The notes under the pieces: generated by a model
Database searches by the model: none
Seen by the model: only the letters and a program-made list of their open reading frames with translations
Told to the model about the DNA's origin: nothing
Shown here: piece by piece, positions 12,781 to 25,039 of the stretch
Numbering within the stretch: the first letter of the stretch is position 1
How the letters are laid out: each line of letters begins with the position of its first letter
From: Octopus sinensis
Lineage: Eukaryota
Assembly (NCBI RefSeq): GCF_006345805.1
Contig: NC_043016.1
Span: 13,950,001-14,014,000, forward strand
Direction: 5' to 3'
DNA length: 64,000 nucleotides
Position numbers and translations under genes: made by a program

Positions 12781-14107
12781 ATGATTTACTGGTGTAAGGA
12801 AACTTAAAGACACCACTTTGTTTTCACCTTGCTGTACATGTGCCATGTCAAAGCTACCCTGCCAGAGCAATAAATTGGACATGAGATCAAGTTGTTCTTG
12901 TTTATGGTAAATAGTTGTTTTGTTGTTTTCTGGAGAAGTAGAAAAGTAGAGCCACGGAAAATGTAAAAATAATATGAGTAGGCTGTCAGGAAAACAAGTT
13001 ATTTGTAGTATAGCAAGAAACTGCCAAAACTCTTGGGATACTTTGAAATCTTAGCAATGTTTGATTACATTTTAAACAAACAAATATAATAGGCAGAGAA
13101 GTGATTCAAAAAGTGTGTCAAAATATTAGCATGAGAACTAAAAATGTTCTTCTGATAAGAATTGATATGACGCAAGTACAAGCAGTTATTAGTTGATAAT
13201 TTCAATAAGTATAAAAATGTCTATTAACTGAAGTCTGCCAATGTAGAACTATTTCCATAACTGTTGGCAGATAAAGCTAATGGAAGAAAACAAAGATCAA
13301 ATACACGAACCAAAACAAGTCTGTTTTTGTAAGATACCAAATACGTATTATCTATTTTTGATTACCAGAATTTCATTTAGCGCATGAGAATGGCTTTCTT
13401 CTATAAGTTTTCAGATAAGATATAATCTAAAATTTTTGCAGACAAGACTCAAAAAATATTAACATGCATATTTATCTACATTGGATCTATATAAACGTTA
13501 TAATACGCTATGGCAGAAGAGTGAAGGGATGGTGATATGAAAAAGGATACTACATAGTTGACGGCGCTAGTGTTCATGATGTTGCATGGTGGTTCTGATG
13601 GTAAAGGATATAAATTGCATAGAATAGCCATAGTGGTTGTCATCAGGTATCTGTGCTGCTGTTGATGGTGAGTTAGTGTTCTTGTTCTGAGCAGTCTTGA
13701 TAAGCTCATTCAAACAACTAAATGGCACAAATCTGGTCAATATGAAATGCCGAACTTCACTCAATTTGGAGCTTATACTATACACTCTGCCAAGTATATT
13801 TTAAGAACTTTACTGGTCAAACTATCTATCAAGCCTGTAATCTAAGAACTCTCCAATTTGTCAGTGATAACAAGAACTTAAGTTCACATCCCATAATTAT
13901 CTAAGATAATTTCCACTTTATAGAAATACTATCCTTTGAATAGTAATATTTAACCCCGTTAACATGATGAATCATACGAAAATACTCATCAGCTATCGAT
14001 CATTAAGTGTCATTAACCTTGAATATTCTATTGTAGAGTTATCAACATCTAAACAGGAATATTGCCCCAAAAAATGCAGAAGAGGCCTCCAAACAGTTTT
14101 GCAACTA

Positions 14108-14248
14108 TAAGGTTGTTCCAAAAGTTCATAGAAAGTCTTGGAAAATAATGGTCTTTATTTTAAGGAATAATTTTTGTTGTTTTTGTTAGTACTTGGCGAG
14201 TAAAAATTCAATTTTCGCAAGTGTTTACGAACTTTTGGGACAACCTAA
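14108..14248. mobile_element. Mariner-type MITE
   Basis: TIRs taaggttgttccaaaagttc / gaacttttgggacaacctaa flanked by TA. Confidence 0.7.
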
Positions 14249-14687
14249 TATATGGCTCAAATCTGTTTTGGTTTTAGCTAGCAATATGTTTTGCTTTTCA
14301 CAGGGATTGCAATAAATTATCAAATAAATTGCTCCTCTAAATTTTTAGATATGATTGGAATGGAAGAATTTAATAATGATTACATATGAAAATTCTTGAT
14401 ATTCTATAAAGTTTGTCAATATAACATTGTTTATCGAGTTGCAAATCTAACCAAATGATTCATTGTTAGAAAATTACTATTTGTAAATCTCACAACGAGA
14501 GATATTCAGCAGCAGTACTTTGTAGTAAAGATTATTTGCCAACATAACATGGCAGTCCTGGTTTAGGACTAATGTTGCTGTAATTTAGCCCCAGGAGACA
14601 TCGTCTCCAGCTGGTTATACGACACGATCTGTGTCCTTATATTTTCGAACAAGGGGATCTAGCACCCCCACTCAGCTCAGAACAATA

Positions 14688-14732
14688 TCTGTGTATTGTA
14701 ATTTCCGGGTTATTTCCCTTCATCAGTACAGA
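14688..14732 (-). ncRNA. Second (inverted) hammerhead-like motif
   Basis: Minus strand reads TCTGTA-CTGATGA-AGGGaaataaCCCG-GAAA-T-taca-A-TA-CACAGA. The loop TACA is consistent with CpG decay of CGCG. Confidence 0.55.
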
Positions 14733-14898
14733 ACAATGGTTCAGCTAGAGGTCCTAGACCAGGACTGCCATGCTATGTTGGCAAATAATCTTTACTACAA
14801 AGTACTGTTGCTGAATATATATCATTGTGAGATTTACAAATAGTAATTTTCTAATTTATAGATCAGTGACTAGTTGTCACTTTGAAAACTATAATTTT

Positions 14899-14943
14899 TC
14901 TGTGCTGATGAAGAGAAATAACCCAGAAATCGCGATACACAGA
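14899..14943 (+). ncRNA. Minimal type-I hammerhead ribozyme-like motif
   Basis: TCTGTG-CTGATGA-AGAGaaataaCCCA-GAAA-T-cgcg-A-TA-CACAGA: perfect 6-bp helix I, intact core, palindromic helix III (ATCGCGAT), weak helix II. Confidence 0.65.
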
Positions 14944-15405
14944 TATTGTTTTGAGCAGAGTGGGGGTGCTAGATTTCCTTGTTCGAACATATAAGGACAC
15001 TGATCATGTCGTATAGCCAGCTGGAGACAATGTTTCCTGGGGCTAAATTACAGCAACATTCGTCCTAAACCAGGACTGCCATGTTATGTTGGCAAATAAT
15101 CTTTACTGATTCATTAAAATTTGAATTCTTTAGCATTTAAACTGGCTAAAACCAGCCCTGATATTCTATGTGTTTTATATTAAACCTGACCACATCCAAC
15201 CTCACATACCTATTCTACAATATCATTCTAAAATATACAAACACACCATTGAAACCTTGAAGCTACAAGATAACGAATGATTAACTCAAAAGAATGTAAA
15301 TAAATAAGCAAATACATTTCGTTTCTGGATTTGGTTTGCAAGATTCGTGTGTTGAAGCATATTCTGTTGTGTCTGGGGAGAGACATTTTCTTTTTGTGCC
15401 TTATA

Positions 15406-15686
15406 ATGTGTGTGTACATGAGGAACACTACCACTGTAGGGACAAAACAAAAAAAAAAAAGAGATCTTCTTGTGGTGTGATGCTGAACCTCTCTGTGTTC
15501 TAATCATTGGTTCTGATGTTGCATCTAGTGGCCTCTAGCAAAGTGATTAATGTTATAGTAACTGAGTACACAATACAGCATGATGGTCTTTCACGGAGAC
15601 TCTCTGTGCCGGCTGCTTCAGACCTTCTTGAAGCTGATGAAGCTGATTGCAAGCAATTGCTGGAATTTGTGATTCTTCTCAACAAT
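15406..15686 (+). repeat. Inverted local duplication of 17245-17515
   Basis: About 280 bp, highly similar to the reverse complement of 17245-17515 (RTE relic plus adjacent flank). Confidence 0.9.
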
Positions 15687-16582
15687 GAAGACTACTGAAA
15701 AGGTTGCAAGACACAACGAAAATTTTAGGAGAATAAAAATAAGAAATATGTGGAAATTTTACCGGTGAGTGTGTTACATTATAAGGCACAAAAAGAAAAT
15801 GACTCTCCCCAGACACAACAGAATAAGCAAATACATTTGACAAAGAAATTTAAATGCTAAACAGTTAATAATTAATCAGAGTTCACTAATTCTTTCTCTC
15901 AAACCTGTACCTACAACTCTTTTCGCCAAGTAAATGTTTTACCCCATGAAACTTGCCAAGTGTAACATCCAATGGGCTGTTTTCAGATTACTCCCCTATC
16001 TTCAGCCTTACTACCTTGAGTGGCCTTGCTCACAAACAAATATTCTTCTGCCATTGCTCTCAGTTTCTCTGAAACATATAACGACATTCTTTTGCTGATG
16101 TGTCGGAATATAAACAGCTAATAAGGACGTGTTTGTCATCTAACTGTAAGTATAATCAAGCAGGTCTATGATGAAAGGTCTTTCAGCCAATAATTATTAC
16201 ACATGTTTAAAAATATGTAGGACTACATCATTTAATAAGGACATCTATACATTGCTGTCCTTTGTGATCAGACTCTCTCTCTCTCTCAAGCTTGAAAATT
16301 CTTCACTGTCTCAAGCAATCTAACAGAAATTTCCTCCTTCTTAAGAGCCTCTGTTGAACAGCATCACTCAGTCTTTGTCTTATGTATGTTACTAAACTCC
16401 AAGAGACCCCTTCCAATCATCAGATTGTGGTCTGGGGCCAATGTCTGCTCTACAACACGCATAGACATCTTTCAAGAATGAATGCCACACAGTAGCAAAT
16501 GTAGTTGAATGTGTTCCTTATTATGCCACACGAGGAAGTTTATGTAATTTTAAGCATATGCTTTTAGCCAAGATGGATGGAA

Positions 16583-16962
16583 GCACTCCGTCGGTTACGA
16601 CGACGAGGGTTCCGGTTGATCCGAATCAACGGAACAGCCTGCTCGTGAAATTAATGTGTAAGTGGCTGAGCACTCCACAGACACGTGTACCCTTAACGTA
16701 GTTCTCGGGGATATTCAGCGTGACACAGAGAGTGACAAGGCCGGCCCTTTGAAATACAGGTACAACAGAAACAGGAAGTAAGAGTGAGAGAAAGTTGTGG
16801 TGAAAGAGTACAGCAGGGATCACCACCATCCCCTGCCGGAGGCTCGTGGAGCTTTAGGTGTTTTCGCTCAATAAACACTCACAACACCCGGTCTGGGAAT
16901 CGAAACTGCGATCCTATGACCGCGAGTCAGCTGCCCTAACCACTGGGCCATTGGGCCTCCAC
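16583..16962 (-). mobile_element. Young tRNA-derived SINE (~380 bp)
   Basis: Near-identical reverse complement of 33211-33591, with a tRNA-like head carrying A/B boxes and CpGs retained. Confidence 0.9.
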
Positions 16963-16964
16963 TT

Positions 16965-17420
16965 TAGCAAAGAACATGCTGTTGACACTGAGCTCAAAGC
17001 AGTTATTCAACACCAAAAGACTCTCGCCGCTGTTATTTGTGCTGTTGGCTAAACCATAAGGTCTGACTAAGTAGAACAACCACAACCGTTATTGTCCAGT
17101 TGTGCATTGAGCTCACCCAACTCATCTAGCCTCACTGCATTGTTGTTCTTCAGGTGATGAATTGCTTTAGCATCTTCTTCCATTGGAACAGTCTGGAGTC
17201 AGGAGCTGAAGATCATGCAGTGAAGAAATCCACACATTACACATCGTTGAGAAGAATCACAAATTCCAGCAATTGCTTGCAATCAGCTTCATCAGCTTTG
17301 AGAAGAAGGTCTGAAGCAGCCGGCACAGAGAGTCTCCGTGGAAGACCATCATGCTGTATGGTGTACACAGTTACTATAACATTAATCACTTTGCTAGAGG
17401 CAACATCGGAACCAATGATT
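16965..17420 (-). mobile_element. Old RTE-like LINE relic
   Basis: PMEEDAKAIHHLKNNNAVRLDEL resembles the pre-RT 'EV..AI..LKNNKA.G.D' motif. Confidence 0.5.
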
Positions 17421-17509
17421 AGAACACAAAGAGGTTCAGCATCGCACCACAAGAGAGTTCGCTTTTTTTTTTTTTGTTTTGTCCCTACAGTGGTAGTGTT
17501 CCTCATGCA

Positions 17510-17870
17510 CACACACACATGCACACACACACACACACACATACACACACACACACACACACACATGTATGTATTTATGTAGGTATGTATGCATGTATGT
17601 ATGGATGGATGGATGGATGGATGGGTAGGTGGATGGATGGATGGATGGATGGATGGATGGATGGATGGATGGATGGATGGGTGGATGCATGGATGGATGG
17701 ATGGATGGATGGATGGGTGGATGGATGGATGGGTGGATGGATGGATGGGTGGATGGGTGGATGGGTGGACGGATGGATGGATGGATGGATGGGTGGACGG
17801 ATGGATGGATGGATGGATGGATGTGTATGTATGTGTGATTATATGTATATCATCATCATCATCATCATTT
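17510..17870. repeat. Compound microsatellite (AC)n-(GTAT)n-(GGAT/GGGT)n-(CAT)n
   Basis: Direct observation; it explains the MDGW/HPSI-repeat ORFs. Confidence 0.97.
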
Positions 17871-18574
17871 AATGTCTTGTTCCATGCTGGCATGGGTGGA
17901 TGATTCGACAGGATGTAATGGGTCCAACAACTGCTTTGACATGGTTCCTATGGTTTCTATGGTCTTTCATAATGCCAGCCACTTTGAAGAATGCAATGGA
18001 TGCTTTTTCTAATGCCACCGGCACACAAGAGCAGGTTTTTGTTGTTGTTAGGGAGCTACATGGCTACTCACATTTAGGGGAGAGAGAATGAGAAAGAATC
18101 AATAATAGCTACAAAGAGTAAAGTAATGGGGACACTTAATATAATGAGGGAACAGGTTTTAGTTAAACTTATGTCAATGGGGAGGAGGGAAAAAAGCGAG
18201 AGCTTAACTGAATTAGAAGTCTGAAGCAAAAAAAAATACAATTCTGCTCTCTATTCTTTCACTTGTTTGTCATTGGATCACAGACATGGATGTGTGTATA
18301 TATATTTATGTTCCCTTAAATGCAATGTCTTTATTATCCATAAGGATTAACACAGATGGGGACAATACAAAGGTTTGGGGTCAAAAATGGAACTTTTTAC
18401 AATGAAAATCGGATGGGTTATTTACAGTGAGATGAAATTACAATGAAAATGAAATCAAATAAGAACAAATAAACAAAAGAGACAAATGAAGTTAAAAGAA
18501 CAGGATAGCCGACCCCACGAGCCCTGTTATGTTCCTTTAAATGCATGGGTGGATCATTAGTAGTAGATAGCTTC

Positions 18575-19770
18575 TGTTACCTAGGAGACCAAGTTAGCAG
18601 TGGGGAAGGGAGTTCTGAAAGCATAGTTGCTAGGATAAGAACAGGTTGAGCAAAGTTCAGAAAGCTTCTACCTTTTTTGGTAACTAAGGGCCTCTCCCTC
18701 AGATTGAAGGGCAGATTGTATGATGCCTGTGTATGTACAGTTATGTTACTTGGCAGTGACACATGGGCTTTGACTACAGAGGACTTGTGAAGGATTGAAA
18801 GAAATGAACCTAGCATGCTCCACTGGATGTGTAATGTCAGTGTGCACACACACAACTAAGTGTAAATGGTTTAAGAGGAAAACTGGGTAGAAGAGGCATC
18901 AGATGTGGTGGGCAAAAGAGAAGACTGTGCTGGTATGGTCATGTGATGCATGTGGATGGGGACAGTTGTGTGAAGAAGTGTTAAGCTCTAATTGTGGAGG
19001 GCACTTGTTGAAGGGGGAGACCCAAGAAGATGTGGGGAGAAGTAGTGAGAAAGGATCTTTGGATGCTGGGCCTCATTGTGGTAATGAAAAGGGACCAGGA
19101 GATGTGGTGGTTTGCTGTACTTGAGAAGACATGTCAAGCTAAGTAAAATTGCTGTTTTCCACTCATACAGGCTTGTCCATTCCGGTGCCACTTAAAAGGC
19201 ACCTGTGCCACTTAAAAGGCACCTGTGCCACTTAAAAGCACCTGTACTGGTACTTCATAAATGCAACCATGACGATGACACACAAAAAGCACCTGTGCCA
19301 CTTAAAAGCACCTGTACTGGTACTTCATAAATGCAACCATGACGATGACACACAAAAAGCACCTGTGCCACTTAAAAGCACCTGACCCACTTAAAAGCAC
19401 CTGTACTGGTACTTCATAAATGCAACCATGACGATGACACACAAAAAGCACCTGTGCCACTTAAAAGCACCTGTACTGGTACTTCATAAATGCAACCATG
19501 ACGATGACACACAAAAAGCACCTGTGCCACTTAAAAGCACCTGTACTGGTACTTCATAAATGCAACCATGACGATGACACACAAAAAGCACCAAACACAC
19601 TCTGCTAAGTGTTTGTTGTTAGGAAGGGCATCTAACAACATCTAACATAGAAACCCTAACCCCAACAGAGAATTGGAGTTGGAACAGCTCCCAGCTGGCC
19701 AGCTCCATGTCAAACCATTCAGCTCATACCAGTATGGAAAACAGACGTTAAACAATGATGATGATGATAT
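18575..19770 (+). mobile_element. 5'-truncated RTE (ORF2 C-terminus, 3'UTR and GAT tail)
   Basis: YLGDQVSSGEGSSESIVARIRTG...LVTKGLSLRLKGRLYDAC..., followed by the tail consensus. Confidence 0.85.
19185..19592 (+). repeat. Minisatellite in the RTE 3'UTR: ~20-bp units then five ~70-bp units
   Basis: atgcaaccatg recurs at about 19260, 19330, 19420, 19490 and 19560 (periods 70, ~90, 70, 70). Confidence 0.95.
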
Positions 19771-20257
19771 ATATATACATACATACATATATATATATGG
19801 ATACATTGAAGCTCAGATATCTGGCAACTAACTTGGTAAACACCCACAAAATTATTAACCACCGTGCCAACCACCTTGTGCACCTTTTTGAATTCCATGT
19901 GTCTAACACACATGGGCATGCCTACAAAGTCAGATAACAGCACAGCTCCCATGACTTTCAGAAACATTTTCACACTCAGAGTTGCTGAAGCAAGGAACAA
20001 ACTACCTGCATCAGTTGTTAATTGCTGAGACATTGCATCCTTTAAAAACCTCCATGCTTGCTGAAATTCACCAACACTACACCTGACATCCCCTTCCCCC
20101 TCCATATGCATGCACGTGTATATCATGACTCATACACTGTCCACTTTCCTGACTTTTCTACATAATTCTATGTACTGTACATACACCTTTGATGAGTTGT
20201 AGTGCACTCAAGCACTGTACACAATAATTTCATTATTATTTTAAATGGATGTGTAAA

Positions 20258-20319
<62 letters not shown>

Positions 20320-20349
20320 ATTTATATATATATATATTCTTTTTCTTTT

Positions 20350-20773
20350 ATTTGTTTCAGTTATTTGACTGCAGCTATGCTGGAGCACAGCCTTTAGTCA
20401 AACAAACTGACCGCAGGACTTATTCTTTGTAAGCCTAGTACATATTGTATCGGTCTCTTTTGCCGAACCTCTAAGTTACAGGGGCATAAACACACCAACA
20501 TCAGTTGTCAAGCAATGGTGGGGGAACAAACACAGACACATACACAAATTTATACACACACAGATATATATATATATCGGCATTAGTCGCCATGCTAGAT
20601 CATTAGCAACTACACACATTTTTTCTCTCCTTGTTTTTTCTGTGTCCCTTTCTGTAGAAGAGCGTAAGCTCAAAACGTAAAAGACTCTTTCTACTCCTGA
20701 GCGTTATACTAATACATCTGTTTGTTTTGTACACCACCTGTCTTCGTCTTTTGTTTTTTTCGTAAACTCTCCC

Positions 20774-20808
<35 letters not shown>

Positions 20809-23015
20809 GACAGATTTCTTTCAATTTCCATCTACCAAATCCACTCAGAAGGCTTTGGTCAGCCCAAGGTTATAGTAGAAGACACTTGTCCAAGGTGCCA
20901 CACAGTAGGACTGAACCCAAAGCCATGTGGTTGATAAGCAAGCTACTTTATTTCATTCAATTTGCCATCAAGGCATTACATAGAAGTAGTAGCTGTGGGC
21001 TGGACAATAACATTCATGAGATGAATGATGAAAAAAAAATGGTATTAATGAGGGAAGGCAGAAGACACCCACCGATCGCTGCTTCTGTAAAACATTGTTC
21101 TTTTACAAAACACACAATTTGAGGTAACAAGCCCCTTACTAATATTTCATTGGACACAAGGTCCTTACAATGAGGTGCTAAGCCTCTTACCAAAAATAAC
21201 ACAATGTCCTTACAAATGAGACATTAGGCCTCTTACGTTTTCTCTAATGGGCCATATGCCATTTCAGTAATGGGCACTCAGCTTCTTAATTTTTACTATT
21301 TTCTGCCCTGCTGGCACCTGACCAAAGTGTCACTTAAGCACACCAATAGTGCCAGGTCAGGGCGCCTTAATCGGAAGCGGAATACATCTTCTGGGAAGAA
21401 GTTTATTACCTTGAAAAGATCCGTGTCTGAGATGACCTCCACAGCCACCTGCAGAGGCCATCCAGGATCTTTAATGCAGGTTATGGCAAACTTTAGTAAA
21501 CTTTCCCACCACCTCTCCCCTGTGGAAGAAGACCAAAAATTCCTCCTGCACATGGGTCAAGGCCACAATTTCCACTGTCAGTGGCACAATTCCCACTGAT
21601 GGGGCTTTGGAACATGCTTTGGAACTGCTGGCACTGCCCCGTTTTTCTTCTTTTTTCTCCCTTTTACTACAGGATGGTGTAGTTCCTCTGCTTTAACCAG
21701 AGGATCTTCCCTCCCTCCCACAGCCTTGCGCACTTTCTTCCTTTTTTTTTACTTTTTTTCAGGGAGGTCTCCACTACCTCCATCTCTCCCTCCGAAGGAG
21801 GAGGTAGGGGTTCTTCCATAACTATCTGTTCCAGGACTCACTTTGGTGCTGGGGACAGTTCTTTTTAATGTGACCTGGTTCCAGGCACAGGTGGCACTTA
21901 GGAGCGGCATCCCTCAAGAATCACCGGATACCTACAACTGGCCATTCTTAGAAAATCTCAAAACAAAAAATTCTTGGCTGATTGGGTCCACAGGGTCAAA
22001 ACCACTTTTGACCCCACCCAATCAGCTGCCGCACAAAACCCTGGCAGATAGTGTCTCCTATCCACTCGGGTTATATCCTGGGTGGCAACCTGCAGACCCA
22101 AGCCCTTGTCAACTTCTTCCCACAATATGTGAGAAGAAACAATATCTCTTCACCCTCTAAGGGCTGACTCGCAAAATTGCGAGCCTCTTCAGGGGTGTCA
22201 AATAGCAACCACACCGTTGCATATTTGACACCCCTGGAAATAAATTTTATAGGTGGCATATATTCCGCCAACTCTCTCTATATATCAATCTTTTTGAAGA
22301 GGGTGATGGTGTTGAGCGACTTGGAGTACGTCCACAGTACCATCATCCTCTCCTCAAGACTTTTTATCCACTGTCTTGGTGGGGCAATTTCCCCACCCCA
22401 ACACCTTATCAGCTTTCTTTGCCATGTTTTTAAGTCCAAAAAAAGTCAAACACAAGTTCAAAAAGGTTCGAAGAAAAGAACAAAAAAAAAGAAGACAGAA
22501 GAAAGAAGGAAGACAGTTCAGAACACAGAAAAATTCAATAAAGCACAATTCCAGCTGACAGTACTCCTGGCCTAGGGTAATCCACCAGCAGGAACAGAGC
22601 TCCACAAATTGGTACAATTCCATGGATTTAACAAAATTTTGGTAAAATCCACAAATTTCACAATTTTTGGTAAAATTCCACGAATTTCACAACATTTTTT
22701 ATTTTGGAGGTGAGACATGCCCTCAAAACAACATAATTCTCACAGCTAAGTGAGTCACTTAGTGTGACTGCAGGCAGACAAATGTCCAGGACCCAGGGAG
22801 GATTTCTTATTTGCAAAAAGAAAAGCAATATCAAACAACAAAACCCCACTAAATTCCCCCAAAAAAACAGATGCCTACCTTACAGTCGCACCTTTAACGT
22901 TCTTCACTTCAAGAGCGCTGTGAAAGCAACGTCTTGACAATACCAGTGTATCAGTAACTGACTAACGCATACACAGTAAGCAAGCTACTTACCACACAGC
23001 CACTCCTACGCCTAT
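20350..23015 (-). mobile_element. tRNA-derived SINE split by a 2-kb insertion
   Basis: The head ggcgtaggagtggctgtgtggtaagtagcttgctta (22977-23010) continues after the insert at 20948 downward. Confidence 0.8.
20949..22976 (-). mobile_element. Tx1/L1-type retroposon encoding only a degenerate ORF1 (RRM-like region plus CCHC knuckle)
   Basis: 14-bp TSD taagcaagctactt at 20935-20948 and 22977-22990. Putative ATG at 22425 (MAKKAD), ATVWLLFDTPEEARNF...LLTYCGKK...RLPP, CHLCLEPGHIKKNC at 21855-21896. No RT or APE motifs seen. Confidence 0.8.
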
Positions 23016-23699
23016 ATATTCATACCTTTCAGTCATTAGACTGGCCATGCTGGGGCACTGCCTCGAAGAGCTTTTAGCCAAATCACTCAACTTCAGTACT
23101 TATTTTTTTAAGCCATGTACTTATTTTAACAGTCTCTTTTGCTGAACTGCAAGGTTACAAGAACCTAAAAATACTAACACGAGTTGTCAAACAGTGGTGG
23201 GGAACAAACACACACACACACACATGACGCACTCACACATATCTATACCTATATCTATGTATCCATAAACTAGCCATGACTATCTTTATTTAAATATATA
23301 ACTGGTACCTGTGCCAGTGGCACGTAAAAAGCACCCTCTACACTCTTGAAGAGGTTGGCATCCAGCCATAGAAACCTTGTCAGATCAGACTGGAGCCTAG
23401 TGCATCTCCCCAGCTTACCAGTTTTCAGTCAAACCATCGGTTGACTGTGTGGGAAGAGGTTTGCTTCCCAACTATATGGTTCCAGGTTCTGTCCAACTGC
23501 ATGGTACCTTGGGCATGTGTTATCAATGTGAATCATGTATGGTAAAGGAAAAAAATTGCTAGAATAAGTATTAGGCTTATAAGTACTGGGGTTGATTTCT
23601 TCAACTAAAACCCTTTAAGGCAGTGCTGCAGCATGGCCACAGTCAAATGACTAAAACAAGTTAAAGAACAAAAGTATATATATATATATATACATATAT

Positions 23700-23925
23700 A
23701 AGGTGCATCAGAAAGGTTGTTCTGATTTCAAAGGTTAATAAAAGACAAACACAGGAAGATGCAAAACTTTGTATTTCTATGAAGTTCATTAAATGCCATT
23801 TTCTTTTACTGTTTCAGGTGGTGCCCCACCATGGCCTGGAATGCAGAACATTGTGAATTTGTTGTTGAAGAGCTTGTTTTTTATTAACCTTTGAAATCGG
23901 GGCAACTTTTCTGCCGCACCCCGTA
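23700..23925 (+). mobile_element. Short internally deleted Tc1/mariner-type element
   Basis: Imperfect TIRs (aaggtgcatcagaaa / tttctgccgcaccccg) in TA context and a transposase-like start MAWNAEHCEFVVE. Confidence 0.55.
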
Positions 23926-24528
23926 TGTATATATACATTTATAGACAAGATATAAATAATGGTCATTACCTATTTTATGTATATCTATACACACACACAC
24001 ACACATGCATGTGTGTGTGTGTGTTTGTATGTATATTATCTGACTGATAAGTGATTCATAAAATCAGGACATAAGATATGGTACCATGTTTTCCACACGT
24101 CTCTGAATATCACGATTACTTCAAGTCAAAGGAAGGAAAAGTTTGTCTAAATGGGAGTGTGTATTGAAACACTCAGGTCCATCTGTGAAATGTTATCAAT
24201 GGCATTGCACAAATTCCTTTGGCCTAATTTAGAACATAAGTGACAAAACTATGTTTGTCAAAATAAAAACAACTTGAAAGCGCACCTTGAAGATAATTCC
24301 TCCACTTCCGCCTCAAACGAAAAAAATAAATAAATAAAGTGAATGTGTTTCTAATAGCAGAGCAGATTAGGCTGAAAGATAGGGAAACAATACAATAGGA
24401 GAAGGCTGAAGTACTGCAGATCCTGCATTCTTATTTATAGTATACGAAGGTGATAGTGCTAAGCAGTGATGTGAATAAATAAAAACTTGTTACTAGTCCA
24501 AAAATGGTTGAGGAATACTCAAACCTGC

Positions 24529-25039
24529 AAGAAAGTGATTCACTGTGTTTTGCCACGAAAGAAATTTCTTTTTGTCGCTAAATAGGTGTAAAATACACTG
24601 AATCAGCTCACAGCATTTCATAACCAGAGTGTGGGATGCATGCATTTCAGATTGACTATTTCCTCTTCAGCCACAGAGACTGGAAAGGCAAACACTGAGA
24701 ACTGACATGAGATGCAGATCCCTCTTATGATATTCCCATCATCGTTCAGTGGTTGGTTGTGCTATTCCACAGCTCACTGTAAATTAAATACGGGGTGACA
24801 GTGCTAAGCATTGATGTGTATAAATACAAACTTGTCACCAGTTCAAATGTGTTGGTTCACATGTCAGTTCACAATGTCTGCTTTTCTGGTGTCTGTGCCT
24901 GAAGAGGAGATAACCACTCCAAAATTCATGCATCCAACAGTCTGGTCGGTGAGCGTTGTGAACAAACTCAGTGTATTTACATCTATTTGTCTACCACAAG
25001 AAATTTTCTTCAGGACAAATTACAGTGAATCACTTTCTT
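24529..25039. repeat. Old inverted repeat, ~180-bp arms around a ~150-bp loop
   Basis: aagaaagtgattcactg (24529-24545) pairs with 25023-25039; gaactgacatg (24699-24709) pairs with 24860-24870. Confidence 0.8.

Larger units (their letters stand above)
14467..15107. repeat. Retrozyme-like ~311-bp unit: one inverted copy plus a partially tandem direct copy
   Basis: 14467-14732 is the reverse complement of 14751-14853 and 14899-15107. A 46-bp direct repeat lies at 14751-14796 and 15062-15107 (offset 311). Confidence 0.85.

Noticed and set aside
17237-17903. HPSI/MDGW-repeat ORFs
   Set aside because: These are translations of (GGAT)n.
19185-19592. CRISPR-like regularly spaced repeats
   Set aside because: The 'spacers' are identical, there are no cas genes, and the array lies inside a eukaryotic RTE 3'UTR. 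It is a minisatellite.
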